Source: an uncultured Gemmataceae bacterium
Lineage (GTDB): Bacteria > Planctomycetota > Planctomycetia > Gemmatales > Gemmataceae
Length of the DNA: 64,000 nucleotides
Direction of reading: 5' to 3'
Assembly: GCA_963750165.1 (NCBI GenBank)
Contig: CAVVPN010000004.1
Span: 608,001 to 672,000 of the forward strand
Positions 18,308 through 28,537 of the stretch are shown here, in pieces. The number at the start of each line of letters is the position of its first letter. Position 1 is the first letter of the stretch. The notes below the pieces were generated by a model. It saw only the letters and a program-made list of their open reading frames with translations. It was not told the origin of the DNA and ran no database searches. The translations under genes were made by a program, and so were the position numbers.

Positions 18308-18811
18308 ATGCAATTTCGAGCGGATGAGTATTATCAAGCAAGTTTGGAGCGCACGCGGCAGGCCGTGGACCTTCATCGCGGGGGTGAGAACTATGCCCTC
18401 GCCATGTATTGCGCAGGGCTCGCCGTCGAATCGATGCTGCGAGCGTTCCGCTGGGTTGAGGATAGTTCGTTTGAGGGACGGCACGATTTGAAGGAACTGT
18501 TGAAGGCGAGTGGGCTGCTGAAAGTCGATGACGAGTACATGCGTCGGCGGGACGAAGCTGAGGAAGTCATTGAAGGCTGGGGCCGTCAGCTGCGTGCGGC
18601 GTTCAACGAGGTGGTGGCCCTCTGGCACAACAACCTGCGGTTCGCGTCGGAGAAAAGTCTCAAGGCCCACCTCAACCGAATTGACCGGCTGCAAGGGATA
18701 CGAGGCGATCCTTTGAAAAAGAACTCACAGAACCTGATCAACGCCGCCAGGATGATTGTCGAACGCGGAGCGGTACTATGGATGTTAAAAAAAGAGTCGA
18801 AAAAGCGTTGA
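18308..18811 (+). CDS. HEPN domain protein
   Basis: AMYCAGLAVESMLRA...HDLKELL...LWHNNLRF follows the HEPN helical pattern; lower GC than the flanks. Confidence 0.75.
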   Translation: MQFRADEYYQASLERTRQAVDLHRGGENYALAMYCAGLAVESMLRAFRWVEDSSFEGRHDLKELLKASGLLKVDDEYMRRRDEAEEVIEGWGRQLRAAFNEVVALWHNNLRFASEKSLKAHLNRIDRLQGIRGDPLKKNSQNLINAARMIVERGAVLWMLKKESKKR

Positions 18812-19293
18812 GCGATACGTTCGAGGACGCCTATGTCCGGCTGGAAGACGACGACGGCATTTCCGGGTTCGTGGTATCCGCGCGCTTCAAGGGGATGTCC
18901 ACCCTCGACAGGCAGGAGTTGATTGACGAGGCCATCAAGGGGGCTACTCCCCCGCTCGCCCCGGATGAGAAACGCCAGGTGCTGATGATTGCCGCACTTT
19001 CGCCAGCCGAGTTCAGTTCCGTTGGCGCGAAGGTCCGCGTGCATAAGGTCAAACAGCTGGCTCATGCCGTGGAGATCGTGCTTCATGGAGGGCATGCAGA
19101 CGCCGAATATGTCCGCGGCGCCTTGAACAATCAGAAAGGAGTGAAGACGACCGAGCCAAAACAGGTCCCCGGTGCAGTTGGCGTACTCATGCAATTCCGG
19201 GCATCTGGGACCAGGGCGGACCCTCTAGATAAAGCCAGAGCTATCCACGTGTTGAAGAACGACCCGTACATTGAGGTCATGCCCGATACATGA
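18778..19293 (+). CDS. Hypothetical protein, N-terminal BolA-like / degenerate MNT-like domain plus C-terminal extension
   Basis: GFVVSARFKGMSTLDRQELIDEAI...IAALSPAEF; GGAG RBS; overlaps the HEPN gene by 34 nt. Confidence 0.65.
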   Translation: MDVKKRVEKALSDTFEDAYVRLEDDDGISGFVVSARFKGMSTLDRQELIDEAIKGATPPLAPDEKRQVLMIAALSPAEFSSVGAKVRVHKVKQLAHAVEIVLHGGHADAEYVRGALNNQKGVKTTEPKQVPGAVGVLMQFRASGTRADPLDKARAIHVLKNDPYIEVMPDT

Positions 19294-19313
19294 TCGTTGC
19301 TGTCGTGGGCGCC

Positions 19314-19342
19314 CGTGGAACTGGAGGCCACCTACGAGCGGA
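19314..19342 (+). repeat. 29-bp direct repeat, copy 2
   Basis: Identical to 18062-18090. Confidence 0.9.
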
Positions 19343-19356
19343 CCCACGCGAGCGCG

Positions 19357-19409
19357 AAAAAACCCCGGCGCCGGCCGGCAAAACCAGCGCGCTGGCCCCG
19401 CGCCGGGGT
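19357..19409 (-). terminator. Probable intrinsic terminator of the DUF1501 gene
   Basis: ccccggcgc...gcgccgggg stem followed on the minus strand by T6. Confidence 0.55.
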
Positions 19410-19435
19410 GAGCCGGCAGTAGCAATCTCTCGTGG

Positions 19436-20815
19436 TTACAGCAGCTCGTGGATCGGCGTCGGGTCATCCAGCACGTTGACCGGCCGGCCGCTGGGGTCGA
19501 GCAGTTGCAGCCGTGGGTCGATGCCCAGCACCTGATAAATCGTGGCGTGGATGTTCGACGGCGTCAGGGGTCGGGTGTTGGGCCGCGTGCCGAGCCGGTC
19601 GGTGGAACCGATCACCTGGCCGCCGCGCAGACCGCCGCCGCCCAGCAGACAGAACATGGAGTTCCCCCAGTGATCGCGGCCCGGCGTGCCCATGCTGCGC
19701 GGCGCCCCGCCGTTGCCGCCGTCGTTCATGCGCGGCGTGCGACTGAATTCCCCGCACAGCACCACCAGCACCTGGTCCAACAGGCCGCGATGGTCCAGAT
19801 CCTCGAACAGACTGGCCACCGCAGCATCGACCATCGGCAAGTAGCGGTTCATGCCCGCTTCCAGATCCCAGTGGTGGTCCCAGCCGCCAAAGTGGACCGT
19901 AACAAACGTCGAGCCGGCCTCGACCAGCCGCCGCGCCAGCAGCGTGCTCTGGCCCCAGTTATTGCGGCCGTAGCGGTCGCGGAGGCGGGGATCCTCGCGG
20001 TTGATGTCAAAGGCCAGGCGGGCGGTCGGGCCGGTGACGAAGTCGAAGGCTTCCTGGCTGAAGCGGTCCATGGCCTGGGCGGCGCCGTTGCCTTCCAGGG
20101 CGCGGCGTGAGCTGTCGAAATGCCGACTGAGGGAACGGCGGTCTTCGAGGCGCTCCAGCGACAGGCCGCGGGCGAGGTTGAGGTTTTGCACGCCGAAATT
20201 GGCGTTGTTCGGGTCGCCGCCCGGCTGAAACGGGTTGTGCTGGGCGCCGAGGAGGTTGCCGCCGAAGTAGCCGGGGTTCAGGCCGATGCTGCTGGCGTGC
20301 GGCACCCCAACGTAAGCGGGCATGCCGGCGCGGCGCGGGCCGGCCTCACGGGACACGAACGCGCCGATGCCGGGGAAGCGCTGGGCGTTGCTGGCGCCGC
20401 TGACGCCCATGTCCTTGGTGGTGAGCATGCGGTGGCCGCCGGCGAAGTGATCGCCGGTGTCGTGGTGCAGCGAACGGACCATCGAGAACAGGTTCGTCAC
20501 CTGGGCCTGGCGCGGGAACCGCTGGCTGATGTCAAAGCCCGGCACGCACGTACGGATCGGCCGCCAGATGCCGCGGTACTCCGTCGGGGCGTCCGGTTTC
20601 AGGTCATACAGGTCCATGTGGCTGGGGCCGCCGTCCAGCCAGAGGAGGATGACCGAGGTGTTCCGGGTGCCGCCCGGCGGTGAGGATTGTTGCCGGGCCT
20701 GCAGCAGTTGCGGCAGCCCCACGCTGGCCATGCCCGAGACGCCGAGCTTCAAGAAACTACGCCGGCTGAGCCCGTCACAGTAACGGCCGGTACCGCCCAG
20801 ATCGAGACGAAACAT
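19436..20815 (-). CDS. DUF1501 domain protein (Tat-type signal)
   Basis: CDGLSRRSFL, GGPSHMDLYDLKP, LLARRLVEAG, GWDHH, GEFSRTP and GRDHWG. Confidence 0.95.
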   Translation of the reverse strand: MFRLDLGGTGRYCDGLSRRSFLKLGVSGMASVGLPQLLQARQQSSPPGGTRNTSVILLWLDGGPSHMDLYDLKPDAPTEYRGIWRPIRTCVPGFDISQRFPRQAQVTNLFSMVRSLHHDTGDHFAGGHRMLTTKDMGVSGASNAQRFPGIGAFVSREAGPRRAGMPAYVGVPHASSIGLNPGYFGGNLLGAQHNPFQPGGDPNNANFGVQNLNLARGLSLERLEDRRSLSRHFDSSRRALEGNGAAQAMDRFSQEAFDFVTGPTARLAFDINREDPRLRDRYGRNNWGQSTLLARRLVEAGSTFVTVHFGGWDHHWDLEAGMNRYLPMVDAAVASLFEDLDHRGLLDQVLVVLCGEFSRTPRMNDGGNGGAPRSMGTPGRDHWGNSMFCLLGGGGLRGGQVIGSTDRLGTRPNTRPLTPSNIHATIYQVLGIDPRLQLLDPSGRPVNVLDDPTPIHELL

Positions 20816-20965
20816 CGACAACCCCTTTGCCAGGGAAGTTCTCCGGGGTGGCGGCAAGTCCGCGCGGAAACTGCCCCCCATGCCACGACCGGATGTAAGT
20901 ATCTTACCCGGCAGGGGCGACGGAGGGAATTAAATTGGTAAACGGGGTTCGTGTTATTCTGCGGC

Positions 20966-21964
20966 TCAAACGAACGGCAGCGCCGCCACCTGCGCCGGTC
21001 GCCGCTCGCCGTCGATCTCCACCTCAACCACCGTGCCCGGCTCCTGACTGCCGCGCCGCAGGTACGCCAGCGCCAGCGCCCGGCCTAACCGCGGCGACAC
21101 CACACTCGACGTGACCTGGCCGACCTCCTGGCCGTTGTGGATGATCTTCGCGCCGCGTCGCACTGCCTGGTCCTGCTGCAACGTCAGCCCCAGCAGCGTG
21201 CGGTTGACGTGGCCGCGGTCGCGGGCCATGACGATCGGCTCCTGACCGAGATAGCACCCCTTCGTGTAGCTGATCGCCTGCTGCGTGCGGCCGACCTCGA
21301 ACACGGCGCGGTTCTCGTCCAACTCGCATCCGAAGCGCGGCAGTCCCGCCTCAACACGCAGCAGTTCCAGCGTCTCCGGCCCCGCCGGCGTCGCCCCGTG
21401 CTGCGCCAGCAAGCCGCGCAGCGCGTCGGCCTGCTCCCGGGCACACACGAGGTCAAAGCCGGGCAGGCCAAGCCGGTCGTTACGGAACACCTCCACGGTG
21501 CCGATGTCCGCCAACGTCCGTTGATGGTGGTGCAACTCCCGCAAATCATCCAGCAGCCCGCCCAGCGTCAGAAGAAGCGGACCGGCCTCTGGCCCCACCA
21601 GATGGAACTGCGCCGTCTCCGCGGTGCGGTCGATTAGCTCGATTTGCTCGCTGATCCAGTGGCGGTTGAGGTGCTGGAACACCGTCGGCCCCAGGTCCTC
21701 GGCCACGTCCAGCCAGAACGTGCCGGCTTCACCCGGCAACCGATAGACCCAGCCGTGCGCCAGCACGCGCGCCTTGGCGTTGCACAGGAAGAACTCGCAG
21801 CCCGTGTCCACTGCGAGGTTCTTGGTGTCGTTGGTACACAGGTTGTGCAGAAACAGCGCCGCCTCCGGCCCGGTCACGACGATGCGGCCGCGCGCCGACA
21901 CGTCAAACACCACGGCCCGTTCGCGGGCGGCCTGATCCTCCGTCAACACGTTCTGCTCCGCCAT
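20966..21964 (-). CDS. YgfZ/GcvT-like folate-binding protein
   Basis: FDVSARGRIVVTGPEAALFLHNLCTND, LRVEAGLP, and the YgfZ signature KGCYLGQE; GGAGGA RBS before ATG 21964. Confidence 0.9.
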   Translation of the reverse strand: MAEQNVLTEDQAARERAVVFDVSARGRIVVTGPEAALFLHNLCTNDTKNLAVDTGCEFFLCNAKARVLAHGWVYRLPGEAGTFWLDVAEDLGPTVFQHLNRHWISEQIELIDRTAETAQFHLVGPEAGPLLLTLGGLLDDLRELHHHQRTLADIGTVEVFRNDRLGLPGFDLVCAREQADALRGLLAQHGATPAGPETLELLRVEAGLPRFGCELDENRAVFEVGRTQQAISYTKGCYLGQEPIVMARDRGHVNRTLLGLTLQQDQAVRRGAKIIHNGQEVGQVTSSVVSPRLGRALALAYLRRGSQEPGTVVEVEIDGERRPAQVAALPFV

Positions 21965-23172
21965 GATCCTTCCTCCCCGCGCACGACCGCCAGTGTTTGT
22001 TCCGCGTCGTTCAGCACCAGACACGAGCCGGCGCCGACCAGCCGCTGCACCTGGCCGGCGTGGTCCAGCGGCACCGCGAACAGCTCCTCCGCGACCTCGC
22101 CCGGCAGCTCGCTCAGCAAATAAATCCGCGCCTGCTGCGCAGCGCTGGCCCACTGGAACGCCGCCGTGTGCTCGCCCTTGTCGTCCTTCAGCCGCCGCAG
22201 CGCCCCCTCCGCCGTCTCCGACCGCCGCAGCAGTTCCACGTCGTGCGTCAGCTCCGGCGTGCCGTGGCTCAGCAGGACGATGCGGCCGTTGGGCTTGACC
22301 ACCCGCGCCGCGCACGCCAGCGCCGCCGCCAGCGCCCCGAAGCGCACCGGCCCGGCGCCACCCACGCCCAGCACCACCGTGTCCGCCGCCGCGTCTGCCT
22401 CCATCCGCCAGCGCGCGTCCAACCGCCGCTGCCCCTCGCCGCTCGTCTCCACCAGGCCGCCGAGCACGTCCGTCACCGCCGCGTCCGCGCCGCCGATCAC
22501 CTGCACGAAGAACGGCGAGCCCAGCAGCCACGCGACCTCCGCCGCCTCCTGCCGCAGCCGCCACGGCCGGGCGCCCGGCGCCGCCATCGACAGGTGCGCG
22601 GCCGCCTCGGTGCGCGTGGCCGTGTCGCTCAGCAGCGGGAACAGCGCCCCCTCGGCGCCGCCGTGGCCCAGCAACGGGTCGTAGGATCGCCGCGTCAGCA
22701 CCACCAACTGGTCGGCGTCCACGGCGCTGCGGTTGAGGTAAATCCGCCGGCCCTGCCGCGTCGTCGCCAGGTAGGCGAGTTGCTTGCGCTCGCCGGGGTC
22801 GTGGACCTCGACGCACACCGCCTCGAACTCCTCGGGCAGTTCCTCCAGCCACGGCTGACCCGACGACGGCGGCGCACACACCAGCGTCACCGCGTCCGCT
22901 TCGACTCCGGCTGAGCGCAGGTGTTCGAGGATGGGCACCAGGAAGCCGGCCAGCTGCGGCACCTGTTCGTCCACGACGACGGTGACCTGGTCGTCCGGCG
23001 TCAGCGCCCGTCGCAGCGCCGGGAAGCCGAGCGGTGTTTCCAGGGCGGCGCGCACCGCCGCGGGCACGTCCGCCAGCGGCGGCGCGGCCGGTTCACGGTG
23101 GACGCCGATGACCTGGTGTTCTTCCAGTTGCAGCCCCAGGTGGGCGCTGCCGTAACGCACATCGATCTGCAT
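21943..23172 (-). CDS. LarA-like (lactate racemase N-terminal / DUF2088) protein
   Basis: VRYG..., AALETPLGFPAL, VEVHDP...LAYLATTRQGRRIYLNRSAVDADQLV, VVKPNGRIVLL and IYLLSELP follow the LarA fold layout. Confidence 0.8.
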   Translation of the reverse strand: MQIDVRYGSAHLGLQLEEHQVIGVHREPAAPPLADVPAAVRAALETPLGFPALRRALTPDDQVTVVVDEQVPQLAGFLVPILEHLRSAGVEADAVTLVCAPPSSGQPWLEELPEEFEAVCVEVHDPGERKQLAYLATTRQGRRIYLNRSAVDADQLVVLTRRSYDPLLGHGGAEGALFPLLSDTATRTEAAAHLSMAAPGARPWRLRQEAAEVAWLLGSPFFVQVIGGADAAVTDVLGGLVETSGEGQRRLDARWRMEADAAADTVVLGVGGAGPVRFGALAAALACAARVVKPNGRIVLLSHGTPELTHDVELLRRSETAEGALRRLKDDKGEHTAAFQWASAAQQARIYLLSELPGEVAEELFAVPLDHAGQVQRLVGAGSCLVLNDAEQTLAVVRGEEGSWRSRTC

Positions 23173-23220
23173 GGCGACCCTCCGGGTGGCCAGGAATGGC
23201 AGGCGAGAAACCCTCGCCGG

Positions 23221-23259
23221 GAAAAAACAGGCGAGGGCCTTTGCGAAAGACCTCGCCTG
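23221..23259 (-). terminator. Possible intrinsic terminator downstream of the kinase gene
   Basis: Minus strand reads caggcgagg-tctttcgcaaaggc-cctcgcctg followed by tttttt. Confidence 0.5.
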
Positions 23260-23378
23260 CCGGGAATGCTTTATTTTACCGAACCGCGTCAACCGCAGCG
23301 ATGGCCGCGCTGGAATCGGCGTCCCGCGCTCGCGCTGCGGGATGGATTGGCTCGCGCACCGGGGCTGCTGTGAACTGC

Positions 23379-26300
23379 TCATGGGGCCATCGCCTGCTCG
23401 AGGAGAGCGCCGACCTCCTTCCACAAAGCGAGCCACTCGCCCCGTTCCCTGGCGGACCACTTGCCCAGCGCCCCGGCTCGCGCAGCCCGGCCAGGTCCGC
23501 GTCGGCCTGCCAATGTCTCATCATCGTCTTCACCCGAGGGCGGTCCGCCGCGTTGCCGCCGGCCAGTTTCCCGGCCCACACGGCAAGATCGGCCTGCAAC
23601 CACGACCGCGCCTGCCGCCGCCAGCGCGCCCGCTCCGCCGTGCTCAGTTTGTCCCCGTCCATGCCTTGACCACAGCCGGCCAGGGCCGCCGCACAGGCGG
23701 CATTGTAGCGGTGAGCCGCTTGCATGTCGTCGGCCAGTTGGGGCCGGTCCGTGAAGGCTTTCTCGAACAGACTGGCGGCGTTGGCAAACCGCTTCGTCAG
23801 GTGACAGACTTCAGCGAACCGGAGGCGTTCGGCCGCGTCGATCAGCCCGGCCTCGCCCCGGAGGACCCCCGGCAGGCGCGCCTCCAGGGCGAGCAAATCC
23901 TCACAGCGCTGCAACTGCCGCTCGACACCCGGGCGCCGGGAATGGCCGGAGGGGAGCAGGTCGAGGCAGCGGCGCGTCGCGTCCCGGGCGTCGCGGAACC
24001 GCCCCACGGCGAGCAGGGCCTTGCCGAGCGCCCCGTGGGCCTGGCCGAACCTGGGAGCGGTGGCCACGGACCGCTGCAGGTGATCGACCGCCTCGGCGAA
24101 CTGTCCCCGGGAGGACAGCACCAGGGCGAGGTCGTAGTGGGCCGCCCCCAGCGTCGGGTCGATCCGGAGGGCCGTCCGGAACCGATCGACGGCCTCCTCC
24201 GTTTGCCCCGCTTCCGCCAGCGCGATGCCGAGGTTGGCGTGGGCCGGGGCAAACTCGGGGTCGTCGTGGAGTACCTGTTGGTAATGGGCGATGACCGCTT
24301 CCAACCCGCCCCTGGCTTTCAGCACGGAGCAGAGGCCCGTGTGCGCCTCGGGCAACCTCGGGTCGATGCGGAGCGCTTGCCGCAAGTGCTCCAGCGCCTC
24401 GTCCGGCCGCTCCTGGGCGAGCAGGGCGCTGCCGAGGTTGCTGTGGACCTCGGCCAGCGTGGGATCGCTGCGCACGGCGCGCCGGAAGTGAGCAACGGCC
24501 TCGTCCAGTCGGCGCCCGGCTTTGAGGGCGCAGCCGAGGCTGTTGTGGGCGTGGGCAAACTCGGGGTCGATGCGGAGGGCCTGCCGGAAGTGCTCGATCG
24601 CCTCGTCCGGCCGTTCGTCCCCCAGCAGGGCGATGCCGAGACTGTCGTGGACAATCGCCGTTCTCGGCCGGAGGGCCAGCGCCGCCTGGAGGTAACGCAT
24701 CGACTCCCCGGGGTTCTTCACCAGGAGCACGTTGCCCAGTGCGAAGTTGGCCCAGAAGTCGCCGGGGTACTCCCGCTGCACCCGTTGCAGAAACGGGACG
24801 GCGTCCGCGCCGGCCTGCCGCAGCCGCTCCGCGAACGCCATCAGCAGTGGCGCCGACGGTTTCTCCGCCAGCGCCGCCTCCGCCAGTGCCGTCATGGCTG
24901 CCCGGTCCTTCCACGGCGCCGGGTCGCGGAGGCGTCGGCGAACCTGGGTGGGGTTCGGGTCGGCCCGGCCCAGCACGAGTAGCAGCCAGCGCTGGCGGCC
25001 CTCGTCCCCGGCCGTGCCGGCGCAGACGGCCCAGTCATCCAGCGCCGCCACCAGTTCGTCGCGGACGGTCGAGGACGCCACCCGCGCCGCGACCGCCGCC
25101 GGGTCGTCTCCGACCTGCCCGAAGCCCGCCTCCTGGAACGCCGCCGCGTACTCCCGGTCGGCCCGCTCCCGGTTGTGGCGCACGTCAAAACGGCCGCCGA
25201 CGACGGCCGCACGGTTCAGAAGGATGGCGTCCAGCCGCTCCGCCAACCGCCGCTCGCGGCGGGCCTGGTCCAGACGCTGCAGAACGGCCTCCTGGTCGCG
25301 GTGCGCCTGGTCCAGACGCGCCATCTGCTCCTGCGCCTGTTCGTTGGCCGCGCGCTCGGTGCTCACCCACAGGCCGCCGCCGGCCAGGGCGGTCGCCAGC
25401 AGCACGCCGGCGGCCAGGCCCACCACCAGGCTCGGGCGCCGCCGCGCCCCCCGGGCCACACGCTCGAGCCGGCCCTCCGGCCGTGCCGCGATGGCTTTAT
25501 CCTGGAGAAAGCGCCGCAGGTCCTCGGCCAGCGCCGCGGCGCTGGCGTAGCGCCTGGGCGGCTCCTTGTGCAGGCACTTCAGGCAGATGGTTTCCAGGTC
25601 GCGCGGCACCCGCGGGTTCAACCGCGCGGGCGGCACCGGCTCCTGCGAAAGCACTTGCATCACCGTGTCGGCGGCCGTCTCCCCCCGAAACGGCGGCCGG
25701 CCCGTGAGCAGCTCGTACAGGATCGCTCCCAGCGCGTACACGTCCACGGCCGGCCCGAGGGCCTGCGTCCGGCCGCGGGCTTGTTCGGGGGCCATGTAAC
25801 TGGGCGTGCCGACGATGGCGCCGCTCTGGGTTAGCCGTTCACCGCTCTCCAGGCGCCGGGCCAACCCGAAATCGCTGACCTTGGGCGTGCCGTCGGCGGT
25901 CAGCAGGACGTTCGCCGGCTTCAGGTCGCGGTGTAAGATGCCGCCCTGATGCGCCGCCCCGACCGCTTCGGCCAACACGGCCGCCAGGGCGGCGGCCTCA
26001 CGGGCCGGCTGGGGCCCCCCCGCCAGCTTCTCGGCCAGGCTCCCGCCCTCGACAATCTCCATGGTGAAGTAGGGCCGGCCGTCCTGGTCGCCCACGTCGT
26101 AGACCTGCACGATGTTCGCGTGCCGCAGCCCGGCGACTGCTTCCGCCTCGCGCAGGAACCGCGCCCGGTCGGCCGGCCCGGCGTAGTCGCCCGCCAGGAG
26201 CATCTTCAGGGCGACGGGGCGGTTGAGGCGCAGGTGGCGTGCCCGGTAGACGACACCCATGCCGCCACGGCCGAGCACCGCCTCGACGGCGTAACCCGGA

Positions 26301-26530
26301 ATGGCCGGCAGGGGCTGTCCCTTCTCCGAAGGGGGCGCCGGCACAGTAGCAGCGGGGCCAGGCTCGCGCGGGAACAGGGCTTCGATCTCGGCGCGGGCAC
26401 GGCAGATCCGCTGCCAGCGCTCGCGGACGGCGGGCAGCAGCTCCGGGCACGCGCCACACACCTCTTCCAGAGTGGCCTGCCCGTCGAACAGCTCTTCGAG
26501 CAGTCGCTCGATGCGTGAGTCGTCGGCCAT
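23379..26530 (-). CDS. Hanks-type Ser/Thr protein kinase with TM helix and TPR repeats; 1-nt frameshift near the C-terminus
   Basis: LGRGGMGVVY, VALK, HRDLKPAN, DFGLA, GTPSYMAPEQ and multiple TPRs. The expected tail (LREPG-ALGKWSARERGEWLALWKEV...*) lies in another frame after the C4 run at 23471-23474. As given, the ORF runs to 23276. Confidence 0.9.
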
Positions 26531-26587
26531 GTCAGCCTCCTCCGCCGTCGCGGCCCTGGCGTGGGCGGCCGCGCGCGGCCGCGCCGT

Positions 26588-27127
26588 TCACGATACCCCG
26601 GGGGGCGTGTCATCCGGCCTGAGTTCGCCAAGCCGCTCGGCCAGCAGCTGGATGCCGCGGTCCAGGCGCCGCTTGACCGTCCGGGCGGCGACGCCGAGCA
26701 GTTCGGCGGCCTCGGCGTGGTCGAGCCCCGGGGACAGGGCCGAGTCGCCGCTGTCCGGGATGGGCACCAGCTCTTCCATCAGCGGCACGGCGGCCGGCTG
26801 TTTGTCTAGGCGCCGGGCGAGGTCATTCAGTTCCCACCGCGCGTGCTGGCCGGCCAGGGCGAAGAACTGGCGGACGGTCGCCGGCCGCGCCTCGCGCAGG
26901 GCCTTGACCAGCCGCTCCACCACGGCGCCGAGCAACTCGTCGGCTTGCAAGTTGGACGGCGGCCGCGTCAGCCGCGGGAAGTTGCGGTGCAGCAGCGTGG
27001 CGCAGAGACGTTGTAGCCTTTGGACGGCTCGGTCCATCAGGTCGCGAACGATCTGGTCGGCGGGGGCCTGCCCCGCCAGCGCGTCGAGGGAGCGCTGCAC
27101 GACGGCGGTGGTGTTTTCTTCGGACAT
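26588..27127 (-). CDS. ECF sigma-70 factor (planctomycete kinase-associated type), apparently with a shortened region 4
   Basis: MSEENTTAVVQR...FFALAGQHARWELNDLARR (region 2) and HAEAAELLGVAARTVKRRL (HTH); directly upstream of the kinase. Confidence 0.8.
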   Translation of the reverse strand: MSEENTTAVVQRSLDALAGQAPADQIVRDLMDRAVQRLQRLCATLLHRNFPRLTRPPSNLQADELLGAVVERLVKALREARPATVRQFFALAGQHARWELNDLARRLDKQPAAVPLMEELVPIPDSGDSALSPGLDHAEAAELLGVAARTVKRRLDRGIQLLAERLGELRPDDTPPGVS

Positions 27128-27433
27128 GCTTGCCCTCCCGCACTGCGGGGCCATCGGCCGTGATCGCTCTCCGCCCGCCGCGCTCGAATTTACGAACCGG
27201 ACACCCTCTGCCGGACCCTGTAGAAGAGAAGGTGCTGACGTTCGACCTGCTGGCGATTCTATTCCGGACGCTGTCCGGCCGCCACGCCACGGATTTGTTG
27301 TCAAACCCCAACGCTTAGAAACAGCGGGGAAGCGGAGGGAGGCGGGGCTCATCCTCATCCGCGAACCGTGGCCGACCGGTAACGTATCCGGGCGGCAACT
27401 CGAGTCACAAGGAGCCCGCAGAGGAGAATGGAG

Positions 27434-28297
27434 ATGAGTCAACAGCGTTCTTTGACATGGCTGATCACCGGGTGCTCGACCGGCTTCGGCCGCGAAGTGG
27501 CCCGGGCGGTGGTGGCCCGCGGCTACCGCGCGGTGGTGACGGCCCGCAATCCGACCCAGGTCGAAGACCTCGTTGTCGGGCACGAGGACCGGACGCTGGC
27601 CCTGCCGCTGGACGTGACGAACCCGGCGCAGGTCGCCGAGACGGTGCGGCGCGCCGAGGAGCACTTCGGCGGCATCGACGTGCTGGTGAACAACGCCGGC
27701 ATCGGGTACTTCGCGGCGGTCGAGGAGGGGGATGAGGCGGAGGTCCGCCGGATGTTCGAGATCAACTTCTTCGGCCTGGAACGGATGACCCGCGCCGTCC
27801 TGCCGGGGATGCGGCAGCGCCGGAGCGGACACATCATCAACATCGCCTCCATCTGTGGTTTGGCGGCGATTCCGAGCCTCGGCCACTATTCCGCGACCAA
27901 GTTCGCGGTCGAGGGCCTGTCCGAGGTGTTGGCGCTGGAGGTGGAACCGCTCGGGATTCGAGTGACGCTCGTCGAACCGAGCGCGTTCCGCACGAACTGG
28001 GCCGGCCGAGCGGCCAACGAAACCCGTGTTGAGATCGCCGACTACGCCGCGACGGCCGGCGCGACCCAGCGGAACCTGAGCGATTCCAGCGGGAAGCAGC
28101 CGGGCGACCCCGTCCGCGCCGCGAACGCGATCATCCGGGCAGTCGAAGCGCCGACGCCGCCGCTCCACCTGCTCCTCGGCAAGGACGCGCTGCGGATGGC
28201 GCGTGCGCAGGTCGAAGCCCTGCGCGGGGACTTCGACGCCTGGGAAAAAGTCACGGTCGGGGCCGACTTCCCAGCCAGTGAGCCGGTCAAGGTGTGA
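27434..28297 (+). CDS. Short-chain dehydrogenase/reductase
   Basis: WLITGCSTGFG, VNNAGIG and YSATK; GAGGAG RBS. Confidence 0.95.
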   Translation: MSQQRSLTWLITGCSTGFGREVARAVVARGYRAVVTARNPTQVEDLVVGHEDRTLALPLDVTNPAQVAETVRRAEEHFGGIDVLVNNAGIGYFAAVEEGDEAEVRRMFEINFFGLERMTRAVLPGMRQRRSGHIINIASICGLAAIPSLGHYSATKFAVEGLSEVLALEVEPLGIRVTLVEPSAFRTNWAGRAANETRVEIADYAATAGATQRNLSDSSGKQPGDPVRAANAIIRAVEAPTPPLHLLLGKDALRMARAQVEALRGDFDAWEKVTVGADFPASEPVKV

Positions 28298-28537
28298 GGC
28301 AGACATCGACTCCGGCAATTCGATGCGGACGGCCTCAAGGCGCTGGCCGCAAAGTTTGCCCCGAAACAGCGCTCGTCTTCACCTGATCAAGTCCTGCGCC
28401 CCACGACGGCTTGCCACGACAACGAAGTCGCGCGAAACCCCGCTTGCCCGAAGCGGGCGGCGGAGACGCTGCACCCCAATCAAGATTCCAAAGGTCTTTC
28501 CAACTGTGTTCCCTACTAACCTGATAGGAGAAATCCC

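Noticed and set aside
21965..22879. N-terminal 300-aa extension of the YgfZ-like ORF; likewise the 27128-28318 extension of the ECF ORF
   Set aside because: They overlap real genes (LarA-like, SDR), have low-complexity shadow composition, and better starts exist downstream.
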